NCBI GenBank assembly: GCA_021781475.1
Contig: JAJXWT010000001.1
Span: 17,161-81,160, forward strand
DNA length: 64,000 nt
Origin: a bacterium
GTDB lineage: Bacteria > Patescibacteriota > Saccharimonadia > Saccharimonadales > Saccharimonadaceae
Direction: 5' to 3'
A program made the position numbers and the translations under genes. The notes beneath the pieces were generated by a model, which saw only the letters and a list, made by a program, of their open reading frames with translations, had not been told where the DNA came from and did no database searches. Below, piece by piece: positions 37,305 through 47,375 of this stretch. Within the stretch, counting starts at the first letter, position 1. Each line of letters begins with the position of its first letter.

Positions 37305-38600
37305 ATGTTAGATATACGTTATATTCGCGAGAACGCTGAACGCGTGCAAGAGGCTGCAAAACAAAAAGGCAACGATGTTGATATTCAAAAATTGTTAGGA
37401 CTTGATAGCTCGCGGCGCGAATTGCAGCAAAGGGTTGATGAGCTGCGCACCAGGCGCAACGAAATTGCCGCTAAAATGAAAGGTGGCAGGCCAGAGCAAG
37501 CGCTGGTTGATGAAGGCAAGCAGCTAAAAGTTGAGCTGGCTGAGCGTGAAGAACATTTGCGTACTGTGAGTGATGAGTATCTGGCTCTGCTGAAAAAGGT
37601 GCCGAATATGCCGGCGCATGATGTGCCATTAGGCCTAAGCGAAGATGAAAACGTGGTCACTAAAACGGTGGGTGACATTCCAAACTTTGATTTTACGCCA
37701 CGCAACCATGCTGAAATTGCCGAACTACGTGGCTGGCTCGATAAGGAACGGGCGGCTAAGGTTGCGGGTAGTCGGTTCGCATATGTCATGGGTGATCTAG
37801 TAAAATTGCAACTTGCAATCGAACGCTTTGTAATTGATACGTTATCGGACGAAGCAAAAATCGCTGAAATAGCGCATGGTGCCGGTTTGGACGTCAGTAC
37901 CAAGCCATTTGTGCCGGTGTTGCCGCCGCTGATGATAAAAACAGAGGCGTATGATCAGATGGATCGGCTTGAGCCACAAGATGATCGCTATAAGATTGAG
38001 GGTGAGGAGCTGTGGCTGCAGGGGAGCGCAGAGCATGTGCTTGGCAGCATGCACGCCGGGGAAATATTTGAAGAGCAAGACTTACCGGTTCGGTACCTTG
38101 GGTTTGCAACCAGCTTCCGTAAAGAGGCCGGCACATACGGCAAAGACATGGAGGGGCTTATCCGCATGCACCAATTTGATAAATTGGAAATGGAGAGCTT
38201 TACGACCGCGACTACCAGTTATGACGAACATTTATTATTTATTGCGATCCAAGAGTATCTACTAAACGCGCTGCAGTTGCCGTATCATGTGTTGTTAAAA
38301 GTGACGGGGGATATTGGCAAGCCAGACGCGCGCGGTGTTGACATGGAAGTGTGGTTACCGGGCCAAAACAAGTACCGCGAAACACACACGGCTGATTACA
38401 TGACCGATTATCAGGCGCGGCGATTAAATACGCGTGTGCGGCGTGGTGATAGTGTGGAGCTGGTGCATACCAATGACGCGACCGCTTTTGCCCTTGGTCG
38501 CATTATGGTTGGCATCATTGAAAATAATCAGACACACGACTGCCAGGTGAAAATTCCAGCAGTCCTACGCCCCTACATGGGTGGTCGCGTGCTAATGTAA
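37305..38600 (+). CDS. serS: Serine--tRNA ligase
   Basis: MLDIRYIREN, VPNMP, FRKEAGTYGKD...RMHQFDKLE, HTNDATA. Confidence 0.97.
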   Translation: MLDIRYIRENAERVQEAAKQKGNDVDIQKLLGLDSSRRELQQRVDELRTRRNEIAAKMKGGRPEQALVDEGKQLKVELAEREEHLRTVSDEYLALLKKVPNMPAHDVPLGLSEDENVVTKTVGDIPNFDFTPRNHAEIAELRGWLDKERAAKVAGSRFAYVMGDLVKLQLAIERFVIDTLSDEAKIAEIAHGAGLDVSTKPFVPVLPPLMIKTEAYDQMDRLEPQDDRYKIEGEELWLQGSAEHVLGSMHAGEIFEEQDLPVRYLGFATSFRKEAGTYGKDMEGLIRMHQFDKLEMESFTTATTSYDEHLLFIAIQEYLLNALQLPYHVLLKVTGDIGKPDARGVDMEVWLPGQNKYRETHTADYMTDYQARRLNTRVRRGDSVELVHTNDATAFALGRIMVGIIENNQTHDCQVKIPAVLRPYMGGRVLM

Positions 38601-38616
38601 CAAAACAGGAGGCCGG

Positions 38617-39750
38617 ATGTTACGAGCAATTAGTTCAGTTACACGGAATGGCTATAAGCACGTTGTAAAGCCAGTTCTGTTCACGCGGCACCCCGATGAT
38701 GTACATCGCGATATGATTAAAATGGCTCGATTTGTTGGGAATGTGCCCGGGGTTCGGTCACTCCCAAATTTGTGGGGGTATGAAAGCCCTAAGTACCTAG
38801 AGCAAACAATGGCTGGCCTGGTGTTCCGTAACCCCGTGGGCCTAAGCGCCGGGTTTGATAAAGGAATCGAAACAGCTAGGATTATGCGGGCGGTGGGCTT
38901 TGGCTTTATGACCGGTGGCAGTGTGACATGGGGCCAGTATAGCGGCAACCAAGGCGGCTGGTTTTACCGGTTGCCAAAGTCCCAATCAATCGTTGTGAAC
39001 GCCGGTTTGCCCAGCGAGGGCACCAAGACAGTCGCTGGTCGCGCCGCTGCATACCCAGCAAGCCTATTCCGGGATTTCCCATTATTTGTGTCGGTGGCTA
39101 AAACGAACTCCAAACGTTGCGCAAGCATTGCCGCCGGTATTCAAGATTACGCCCGTAGTTTAGCGATGTTCGACGTCGAGCTAAACGTCGGCGCACTCGA
39201 ACTTAACATCAGTTGCCCGAATGCATTTGGCGGCGAGGATTTTACGACACCCGGCCGCCTTGAGCAACTACTAAGGGTGGTGGACGCGCTCGCACTCACT
39301 AAGCCAGTGTTTATTAAAATGCCAATCAGCGTGCCACCAAAACAATTTTTGGCGCTTACCGACACTGCCGGCGCGCACAATATTACGGGCCTTACTATTG
39401 GTAACTTGCGCAAGGATCGTGAAAATGTGGAGCTTAAAGATGAATTGCCGGATAGTGTGGCGGGTAACTTAAGCGGTGCGCCCAACCGCGATATAAGCAC
39501 CAAGCTTATACGAGAAACCTACCAGCGGCACCCTGGTCGGTTTGTGCTTATTGGCGTGGGTGGCGTATTTACGGCTGAACATGCCTACGAAAAAATACGA
39601 GCTGGCGCAAACCTTATCGGCATGGTGACTGGTGTTATTTTTGAAGGCCCGCAGGTAGTTGGCGAAATAAATCACGGCCTCGTTGCGCTATTAAGGCGGG
39701 ATGGCCTAGCCTGTATTAGCGATGCGGTCGGCCTGGACGCGGGTGTATAA
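38617..39750 (+). CDS. pyrD: Dihydroorotate dehydrogenase
   Basis: FRNPVGLSAGFDK, GSVT, ELNISCPN, GNLSGAP, IGVGGVFT. Confidence 0.9.
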   Translation: MLRAISSVTRNGYKHVVKPVLFTRHPDDVHRDMIKMARFVGNVPGVRSLPNLWGYESPKYLEQTMAGLVFRNPVGLSAGFDKGIETARIMRAVGFGFMTGGSVTWGQYSGNQGGWFYRLPKSQSIVVNAGLPSEGTKTVAGRAAAYPASLFRDFPLFVSVAKTNSKRCASIAAGIQDYARSLAMFDVELNVGALELNISCPNAFGGEDFTTPGRLEQLLRVVDALALTKPVFIKMPISVPPKQFLALTDTAGAHNITGLTIGNLRKDRENVELKDELPDSVAGNLSGAPNRDISTKLIRETYQRHPGRFVLIGVGGVFTAEHAYEKIRAGANLIGMVTGVIFEGPQVVGEINHGLVALLRRDGLACISDAVGLDAGV

Positions 39751-39806
39751 CCACGCTCCGTGGTATACTAAAAGGGTAGAGATTATCATCGAAAAGGAGG
39801 TCGCCT

Positions 39807-40178
39807 ATGATCACAAATATCGAGATAACTGGTGTCGGTACATTCGTGCCTGATGAATCAACAAAAAAATACATTGTTAAAAAAGTTGGTCGGCTTGACC
39901 GCTTGGTGCCGCGGCACGCGCGGGGGAGCATGCACGCCGAGGTAAAACTCGCAGAAATTAACCAAAGCCACGGCAATAAGTATGAAGCCGAGGTGGTAGT
40001 GCGCGTCCCCGAAAAAACGCTGACCGCAAAGGACTCAACAATGAACATACTCGCGGCAATTGATATTGTTGAGGCAAAAATTGCCAACCAGCTGCGCCGG
40101 TACAAGCAAGATTTGATCCCCCATGTTGGTCGGCGAAAGCTCCTTGATCGTTTTAAGCGTAGCTACGCACGCGGCTAA
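39807..40178 (+). CDS. hpf: Ribosome hibernation factor HPF/RaiA (short)
   Basis: KYIVKKVGRL, AEVVVRVP, AAIDIVEAKIANQLRRYK; SD AAGGAGG. Confidence 0.88.
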   Translation: MITNIEITGVGTFVPDESTKKYIVKKVGRLDRLVPRHARGSMHAEVKLAEINQSHGNKYEAEVVVRVPEKTLTAKDSTMNILAAIDIVEAKIANQLRRYKQDLIPHVGRRKLLDRFKRSYARG

Positions 40179-40267
40179 AACGGGTAAAAACCCTTTCGTA
40201 TCACCGTAGTTCACGGTATAATTATCGTTAGTATTCTTTTAGTGTCCTAAATGGAAAGAGGGTTTGA

Positions 40268-42898
40268 ATGGTAAATCGACAGACAGCGCTGACAAAGGTG
40301 TTCGGTGACCCGCAGAAAAAGATTTTAAAGCGGTTGCAAAAAAAGGTCGCTGCAGTAAACGCGCGCACCGACACATATGCCAAAATGAGTAAAAAACAAC
40401 TGCGTGACCAAACCGACGTGCTCCGCAAAAAGCTCACAAAAAAGGGTGTGACGCTTGATTCCATTTTGCCCGATGCCTTTGCAGTTGTGCGCGAAATGGC
40501 CGAGCGCGAAATTGGCGAACGGCATTATGACGTGCAGCTAATTGGGAGCATGGTGCTCCACGAAGGTAACGTTGCCGAGCTGAAAACTGGTGAAGGTAAG
40601 ACTTTGATGTCCACGCTTGCGGCCTATCTGAATGCCCTCCCTGGCAAAGGTGTGCACATTGTGACCGTAAACGATTACTTGGCGCAACGCGACGCTGGCT
40701 GGATGGGCCAAATTTACGATGCACTGGGCCTTACCACCGGCGTGATTATTAACGAAGCCTCATTCGTGTACGATCGTACCTACGAAAACGAAGCGCACAC
40801 TGACCCACGCATGCGCAAGCTGCGCCCATGTACGCGCAAAGAAGCCTATCTGGCGGATATTACCTATGGTACCAACAGCGAATTTGGTTTCGACTATCTA
40901 CGCGACAACATGGTCAATGAGCACGACATGGTCCGGCAGCGCGAACTGAACTTTGCGATTGTTGACGAGGTTGACTCAATTTTGATTGACGAGGCCCGCA
41001 CGCCACTTATCATTAGTGCGCCGGCTGCCGAAAACCCCGAGGCATACTACCAGTTTGCCCGTATTGCCGCAAAGCTAGTGCCTGATGATTATATCTTAGA
41101 CGAAAAACGCCGGAGCGTTGCCCTGAGTGACCAGGGGGTTGAAAAGGTGCAAAAAATGCTGGGCGTCAAAAACTTATATACCCCTGAGCATGTGCGCAGC
41201 GTGTACCATATGGACCAGGCGCTCCGCGCCCAGACACTGTTCCATCGCGACAAGGATTATGTGGTCACAAACGATGGCGAGGTTATTATTGTCGATGAGC
41301 ACACTGGCCGCTTAAAGCAGGGTAACCGGTATAACGAGGGCCTACACCAGGCAATCGAAGCCAAAGAGGGCGTGTCGGTGCTCCAAGAAAGCATGACGCT
41401 TGCGACCATTAGCTATCAGAATTTTTTTAGGCTTTATAACAAGCTGTCTGGTATGACCGGTACCGCCCTTACCGAGCAAGAGGAATTCCAGCAGATTTAT
41501 GGGTTGGAAGTTGTTGCCGTGCCACCGAACAGGCCGATTACGCGTAATGATCACGAAGACCTGATTTATAAGACAGAAAAAGCAAAAATAAAGGCTGTTG
41601 CCGAAGCTATTAAAATGTATCACAAGCAAGGCCGGCCGGTCCTGGTAGGCTCGGGCAGTATTGCTAAAAATGAGCTTATTGCAGAATACCTGGATAAAGA
41701 GGGTATTACCTACAATTTGTTAAATGCAAAAAATAATGAACATGAAGCCGAAACGATTGCGCGCGCCGGTGAAAAGGGCTCAATTACGTTGGCCACAAAC
41801 ATTGCCGGTCGTGGTACGGACATAAAGCTCGGCAAGGGTGTCAAAGATCTTGGCGGGCTTGTTGTGTTGGGGAGCGAGCGCCACGAAAGTCGGCGTATTG
41901 ATAATCAGCTGCGCGGTCGTGGTGGGCGCCAGGGCGACCCAGGCGATACTCAGTTTTTTGTCAGTACCGAAGATGATTTGATGCGCATATTCCAAGGTGA
42001 TCGCGTGAACTCGCTCATGGAACGACTTGGGTTCGACGACGAGACACCAATTCAGGCAAAAATCATTAGTAAAACCCTTGAAAATGCGCAAAAACGCGTC
42101 GAAGGATACAACTATGATACCCGTAAGAACGTGGTACAGTATGACAACGTTATCAACCGGCACCGTAAGGTAGTATATACAATGCGTCGCAGGATCCTCG
42201 ATGGCGATAATATCAAGCCAGAAGTCGAGACACTTTTGCGCGAGCAAGTCGCCGCCGCAACGGTACTACCGCGCAAAAATAATCCAAAGTTTAATGATGA
42301 ATTTAAAGCGATTATTCCGCTTGACGACGAAAAGCTGAACATGATTGGGGCGATTAAAAAAGATAAGCTACGCCGCCAAGCCGCCGAAAAGGCTGTGTTT
42401 TCGCTGTACGCCGAAAAAGAAAACGAGCTTACGAGCGAGCTAATGCGTAGCGTTGAGCGTGACGTGTACCTACAGGTGCTTGATACGCTATGGATGCAGC
42501 ACCTCGAGAACATGCAACACCTCCGCGAGGGGATTCACTGGCGCAGCGTTGGCCAGCGCGACCCGTTGGTGGAATATCGTAGCGAAAGCCAAAAATTGTT
42601 CGAAAGCCTGCAACAGACCTTACGTGAAGAGGTTTTGCGGGCCATGTTTAATGTTCATAAAAGCGACGCCGCAAGTCGCGATGCGACGCAGCAAGAACAC
42701 GACACCGAGCTCACCAAGCTCGCAGAAACAGCGGTTGAGCTGGGTGTTAATGAAGTTTCGGGCGGTGAGCAAAACCGCGATAACGATTTTAACTCAAGCG
42801 TAAAAAAGGCGTCTGTTCACGCTGATCAAAATCGCCAGCGTAACTCGGCGCGTAAAAAAAAGAAGGCTGCCCGCCAAAATAAGAAAAAGAGCCGATAA
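40268..42898 (+). CDS. secA: Preprotein translocase ATPase SecA
   Basis: ELKTGEGKT, VTVNDYLA, DEVDSILIDEARTPLIIS, ATNIAGRGTDI, RIDNQLRGRGGRQGDPG. Confidence 0.98.
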   Translation: MVNRQTALTKVFGDPQKKILKRLQKKVAAVNARTDTYAKMSKKQLRDQTDVLRKKLTKKGVTLDSILPDAFAVVREMAEREIGERHYDVQLIGSMVLHEGNVAELKTGEGKTLMSTLAAYLNALPGKGVHIVTVNDYLAQRDAGWMGQIYDALGLTTGVIINEASFVYDRTYENEAHTDPRMRKLRPCTRKEAYLADITYGTNSEFGFDYLRDNMVNEHDMVRQRELNFAIVDEVDSILIDEARTPLIISAPAAENPEAYYQFARIAAKLVPDDYILDEKRRSVALSDQGVEKVQKMLGVKNLYTPEHVRSVYHMDQALRAQTLFHRDKDYVVTNDGEVIIVDEHTGRLKQGNRYNEGLHQAIEAKEGVSVLQESMTLATISYQNFFRLYNKLSGMTGTALTEQEEFQQIYGLEVVAVPPNRPITRNDHEDLIYKTEKAKIKAVAEAIKMYHKQGRPVLVGSGSIAKNELIAEYLDKEGITYNLLNAKNNEHEAETIARAGEKGSITLATNIAGRGTDIKLGKGVKDLGGLVVLGSERHESRRIDNQLRGRGGRQGDPGDTQFFVSTEDDLMRIFQGDRVNSLMERLGFDDETPIQAKIISKTLENAQKRVEGYNYDTRKNVVQYDNVINRHRKVVYTMRRRILDGDNIKPEVETLLREQVAAATVLPRKNNPKFNDEFKAIIPLDDEKLNMIGAIKKDKLRRQAAEKAVFSLYAEKENELTSELMRSVERDVYLQVLDTLWMQHLENMQHLREGIHWRSVGQRDPLVEYRSESQKLFESLQQTLREEVLRAMFNVHKSDAASRDATQQEHDTELTKLAETAVELGVNEVSGGEQNRDNDFNSSVKKASVHADQNRQRNSARKKKKAARQNKKKSR

Positions 42899-42901
42899 CC
42901 C

Positions 42902-44191
42902 ATGAAACACACTGCAACCGAAGTCGAATTAAAAAACGGCGCTAAGGGCCTATTGATTGATGTTCCTGGCGCCACCGTGATGAGTTTTCAGTTTCAATTT
43001 AGGGCGGGTAATCGCTACGTCAAAAGCGGGGATATTTATGAAACCGCCCATATTATGGAGCACATGGCGTTTGGCGCCAACGCGCTTTTTAGCAGCGAAC
43101 ACGCGTACGAGGCGGAATTTACAAAAAATGGAGGCTACCACAATGCCTTCACTAGTGACCTGTCTATGGTATACGTCGCGGACTGCGCCGATTTTGAATG
43201 GGACCGTATTTTAGAACTGCAACGTGTGGCAATTTGTCAGCCAAAGTTTAGTAATGTTGAACTCGAAGCCGAAAAGGGGAACGTACGCAGCGAGCTTACG
43301 GGCTATTTGAACAACCACAACCACTTGCTGTGGCCTAAGGTACAGCAGCTCTTAGGCGAAAACGTGCTGAACTATCGTCAACGGCTGCTTACTATCCCGA
43401 ACGTAAAATTGCGCGATATCCGTGAGCATCACACACGCACCCACACAACTGATAATATGCGATTCGTAATCGCTGGCCGTTTACAGGGGCGCAAGACTAA
43501 AATCTTAGAAAACCTTGAGGCATGGGAACTGCCGCGTGGCGAGCGATTCCCGGTGCCACACGATGAACTTAAAAAGTCACACCCGTTCCTGATCCGCCGC
43601 AAAGAGGCCTCGAACATGACGTTCGCGCTTAGCATGACCGTGCCGCGCGAGCTGTCCGACGAAGAAGCCGAGGCGATGGGCTGCCTTGACCAGATTTTAA
43701 CTGGCACTTTGCACTCGCGCATTTATGGCGCGGCGCGTAAAAAAGGTCTGGCTTACAGCGTGTTTAGCGACACAAGCGTTGGTTTTTACGATAGTAGCTG
43801 GGATTTTGGCGGTGCCGTCAACCTTGATAAGGTGGACGAACTTATGGACATTATTGTTCGTGAAATTCGCGTTGTCTTAAACGGCACTATTAGCGAAGCC
43901 GAGCTTGAGGCCGCAAAGTCCTACGCACTAGGTCGCCACCAAATGGGGGCTCAAACCGTTGCACAGGTGAGCAATTTTTACAGCAATCGGTATTTTGGTG
44001 ATGGTGTCGTAAAGGATTATGCAAAAATACCCGATGCAATCCGCCGAATTACGCTCGACCGCATTAACAAAACAGCGAGCGAGTTCGTTAGCGCCAATAC
44101 GTGGGTGCTCGCAGGGGTGAGCAGCGGCGAACGCGATGAGTTCTTGGCATTGAACGAAAAGCTTGAAAAGTTATTTCCAAAGGAGCAATAA
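42902..44191 (+). CDS. M16 (pitrilysin/insulinase) zinc peptidase
   Basis: Inverted zinc motif HIMEH, NAFTS, EKGNVRSE. Confidence 0.88.
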   Translation: MKHTATEVELKNGAKGLLIDVPGATVMSFQFQFRAGNRYVKSGDIYETAHIMEHMAFGANALFSSEHAYEAEFTKNGGYHNAFTSDLSMVYVADCADFEWDRILELQRVAICQPKFSNVELEAEKGNVRSELTGYLNNHNHLLWPKVQQLLGENVLNYRQRLLTIPNVKLRDIREHHTRTHTTDNMRFVIAGRLQGRKTKILENLEAWELPRGERFPVPHDELKKSHPFLIRRKEASNMTFALSMTVPRELSDEEAEAMGCLDQILTGTLHSRIYGAARKKGLAYSVFSDTSVGFYDSSWDFGGAVNLDKVDELMDIIVREIRVVLNGTISEAELEAAKSYALGRHQMGAQTVAQVSNFYSNRYFGDGVVKDYAKIPDAIRRITLDRINKTASEFVSANTWVLAGVSSGERDEFLALNEKLEKLFPKEQ

Positions 44192-45472
44192 ATGAAAGTC
44201 GCAATTGCGTGGTATGGGGCCGAAGGCCAAGCAAGCTACGAATACTACGTAAAGCTTGGGCACGATGTAACTATCGTGACACCGCAAGTTTCGCCCGATT
44301 TTCCACTACCACCAAGCGCTAAAAGCCTTGTCGGTCCTGACGCGTTTGATCACCTATCTGGTTTTGACATTGTTGTTCGGAGCGCCGGTGTCGCCCCTAG
44401 TCGCCTCAAAACCGATGGTAAAATCTGGAGTGCTACCAATGAATTTTTTGCGCGTTGCTCGGCGCCAATCATTGGCGTAACGGGTACAAAAGGCAAGGGC
44501 ACGACCAGTAGCCTTATCGCGAGCATCTTACAGGCGGCCGGCTGCAGCGTCCACCTAGTGGGGAATATCGGTGTTCCGCCGCTTGCGCTGCTCGATACCA
44601 TTACCACTCACGATATCGTTGTGTTTGAACTTAGTAGTTTTCAGCTATGGGACATTGAACGTAGCCCGCATATTGCGGTCGCATTAATGATTGAGCCCGA
44701 CCACCTGAATGTCCATAAAGATATGGATGATTATGTGGCCGCCAAGGCAAATATTGTGCGGTATCAGCAGCCGGCCGATATCACGATTTGGAACCCGCAT
44801 AATGTCATTACCGACAGCTTTGCCGCCCGCACTAAGGCGCAGCCGGTGCCATATATGACGCCGGCGGGTGCCTATCCGCAAGACGGCTATTTTTGGCTCC
44901 GCGACCAACGGCTATGTCCGCTCACTGCGTTGCAGCTGCCGGGCGCGCATAACATCGAAAATGCCTGCGCGGCTATTACCGCGGCATCGTATTATGTAGG
45001 GGGCAACCTGGCGCAGGCGGTACAAGATGGCCTTGCGGCATTTACCGGCCTGCCACACCGCTTAAAGTTCGTGGCGTCAAAACGTGGCGTGAAATATTAT
45101 GATGATTCTATTGCAACTACGCCGGGCAGCGCGATTGCGGCACTCCACAGTTTTGATGGGCCAAAAGTAATTATTTTGGGCGGCGAAAGCAAGGGCGCGA
45201 GTTACGACAATGTAATTGCGGCTGCTAAGCAAACGGGTGCTAAAATCATTGCCGTTGGCCAAGTCGGGCGCGCAATTACAAGTGCAGCACAGGCGGCGAG
45301 TGTACCTGTGGAATACGTTGATGGATTAATGGAGCAGGTGGTGGCGGCAGCGGCGGGCACGGCAAGCGGCGAAGGCGTCGTGCTCCTGAGTCCAGCGGCG
45401 ACAAGCTTTGATCAGTATAAAAATTACGCCGATCGTGGTAATCAATTCGCCGCCGCCGTGCAGGCGCTCTAG
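44192..45472 (+). CDS. murD: UDP-N-acetylmuramoyl-L-alanine--D-glutamate ligase
   Basis: GVTGTKGKGTT, GNIG.P, ELSSFQL, HRLKFV, YYDDSIAT, LSPAATSFDQY. Confidence 0.95.
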   Translation: MKVAIAWYGAEGQASYEYYVKLGHDVTIVTPQVSPDFPLPPSAKSLVGPDAFDHLSGFDIVVRSAGVAPSRLKTDGKIWSATNEFFARCSAPIIGVTGTKGKGTTSSLIASILQAAGCSVHLVGNIGVPPLALLDTITTHDIVVFELSSFQLWDIERSPHIAVALMIEPDHLNVHKDMDDYVAAKANIVRYQQPADITIWNPHNVITDSFAARTKAQPVPYMTPAGAYPQDGYFWLRDQRLCPLTALQLPGAHNIENACAAITAASYYVGGNLAQAVQDGLAAFTGLPHRLKFVASKRGVKYYDDSIATTPGSAIAALHSFDGPKVIILGGESKGASYDNVIAAAKQTGAKIIAVGQVGRAITSAAQAASVPVEYVDGLMEQVVAAAAGTASGEGVVLLSPAATSFDQYKNYADRGNQFAAAVQAL

Positions 45473-45527
45473 CCAACTTGGCTCACGCTTTCGCGTTCCA
45501 CTCTGTACTGGCGTATAATAAGGTACT

Positions 45528-46619
45528 ATGCAGGCACTCAAGAAACAGATTATGGCGCTCCTAAGCGCAGTTCTTGCCGCGATGGATACATTGCATATCG
45601 ATGCAAGGGCAGCGGAGCTTGCGGCCGTTGACGAACAGCTTGCCGATAGCAATGTATGGGCAAATATTGAGCGCGCCCAAACGCTAAGCAAACAATCTGC
45701 GGCTCTTCGGGCGGCGATTGAGCCGTGGCAAGTTTTGCGGGCCCAGGTAAAAGACATGGAAGAACTAGTCAACCTGGGGGACGAATCGATGTGCATGGAA
45801 CTCAGTGGCCAATTGGCGGCGCTCCAGTCGGAATACGACCGGTTGCAAAAAGACCTACTGTTCCAGGGTGAATTTGATGATCATAGCGCGATTATAAAAC
45901 TCAGCGCTGGGGCGGGCGGCACCGATGCGCAAGATTGGACAGCAATGCTGGAGCGTATGTATTTGCGGTGGTGCGAAAAAGCCAGTATGAAAGCAGAATT
46001 AATCGAACGGAATACCGGTGAAGAAGCCGGCATTAAAAGTGCAACCTATAGCGCGAGCGGGCCTTATGCCTACGGCAAGCTCAAAAGCGAGCATGGCGTG
46101 CACCGTTTGGTGCGCCTAAGCCCGTTTAACGCCGATAATTTACGGCAAACGAGCTTTGCGCTGGTAGAAATCATGCCCGAAATTGACGCGCCCAACGAGG
46201 TCGTGATAGACGACAGAGACTTAAAAATTGATGTGTACCGGAGCGGCGGCCACGGTGGCCAAAGCGTCAATACGACAGATAGTGCCGTGCGGGTGACGCA
46301 CCTGCCCACCAATACCGTCGTTGCGATTCAAAACGAGCGCAGCCAGCTGCAAAACAAAGAAACAGCTTTAAAAATCTTACGTGGTAAGCTGGCGCGAATG
46401 CAACTCGAACAGCATGCCGAAACGCTTGCCGAACTGCGTGCGGGTGAATCGGCCAGCTGGGGGAATCAAATCCGTAACTATGTGCTCCACCCGTATACGC
46501 TCGTTAAAGATACGCGTACCAAGTACGAGACCCACGATGCGCAAGGCGTATTAAACGGCGGCCTCGATGAGTTTATGCAGGCTTACCTTGAATGGTCGGC
46601 TGCTGGTGGCGAGGCATAG
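45528..46619 (+). CDS. prfB: Peptide chain release factor 2 (single continuous ORF)
   Basis: SPF motif (RLSPFNA), GGQ, WGNQIRNYVLHPY. Confidence 0.96.
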   Translation: MQALKKQIMALLSAVLAAMDTLHIDARAAELAAVDEQLADSNVWANIERAQTLSKQSAALRAAIEPWQVLRAQVKDMEELVNLGDESMCMELSGQLAALQSEYDRLQKDLLFQGEFDDHSAIIKLSAGAGGTDAQDWTAMLERMYLRWCEKASMKAELIERNTGEEAGIKSATYSASGPYAYGKLKSEHGVHRLVRLSPFNADNLRQTSFALVEIMPEIDAPNEVVIDDRDLKIDVYRSGGHGGQSVNTTDSAVRVTHLPTNTVVAIQNERSQLQNKETALKILRGKLARMQLEQHAETLAELRAGESASWGNQIRNYVLHPYTLVKDTRTKYETHDAQGVLNGGLDEFMQAYLEWSAAGGEA

Positions 46620-46673
46620 GCAAGCGCTGCTTCTATAGTTTTGCCTGTGCTACTTATGCTATAATAAAGCTCG

Positions 46674-47375
46674 ATGATTTTGTTGGATAGGGTAACAAAG
46701 ACATATGGTAAAACGGACAAGCCAGCGCTCAACCGCATTAGTTTGCATATTGAGCCAAACGAATTTGTAATTTTAGTTGGCACCAGTGGTGCCGGCAAGT
46801 CAACGCTTTTGAAATTATTAACGCGCGAGGAAAAGCCGACCACTGGTAAAATTGTGGTGGGCGGTATCGATTACGACACACTTCGCGACAAGCATATTCC
46901 ACTTTTGCGCCGCAAAATTGGCACAGTGTTCCAAGATTTTAAACTGTTGCCGCAGCGCACGGTGTTTGAAAACGTCGCATTTGCGCTCGAAATCGCCGGC
47001 ATGACAAGCCGCGAAATTAAAAGCACGGTACCAAAGGTGATTGAGCTAGTAGGCCTTACTGGCAAGGAAAACGCTTTTCCGCACCAACTAAGCGGTGGTG
47101 AGCGCCAACGAGTGGCGATTGCCCGTGCAGTTGTGCGCCAGCCAAAAATTTTGATTGCCGACGAACCAACGGGCAACCTTGACCCAAAGCACAGCTGGGA
47201 TATCGTTCGTTTGCTCGAAAAGATTAATAGCTACGGTACCACTGTGCTGCTCACCACGCATAACGTTGATATCGTCAATCGCCTCAAGCGCCGCGTTGTG
47301 ACTATCGACCATGGCCAAATTGTATCTGACCAAGTGCAGGGCTCATACCGGCAGGGGGGCGCAAATGGCAAATAA
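46674..47375 (+). CDS. ftsE: Cell division ATP-binding protein FtsE
   Basis: GTSGAGKST, VFQDFKLL, LSGGERQR; upstream of ftsX. Confidence 0.95.
   Translation: MILLDRVTKTYGKTDKPALNRISLHIEPNEFVILVGTSGAGKSTLLKLLTREEKPTTGKIVVGGIDYDTLRDKHIPLLRRKIGTVFQDFKLLPQRTVFENVAFALEIAGMTSREIKSTVPKVIELVGLTGKENAFPHQLSGGERQRVAIARAVVRQPKILIADEPTGNLDPKHSWDIVRLLEKINSYGTTVLLTTHNVDIVNRLKRRVVTIDHGQIVSDQVQGSYRQGGANGK

Noticed and set aside
45528-46619. Stop-codon reassignment (genetic code 25 as in Gracilibacteria/Absconditabacteria)
   Set aside because: RF2 with an SPF motif is present, core genes are uninterrupted under code 11, and TGA is used as a stop (e.g. 37270).
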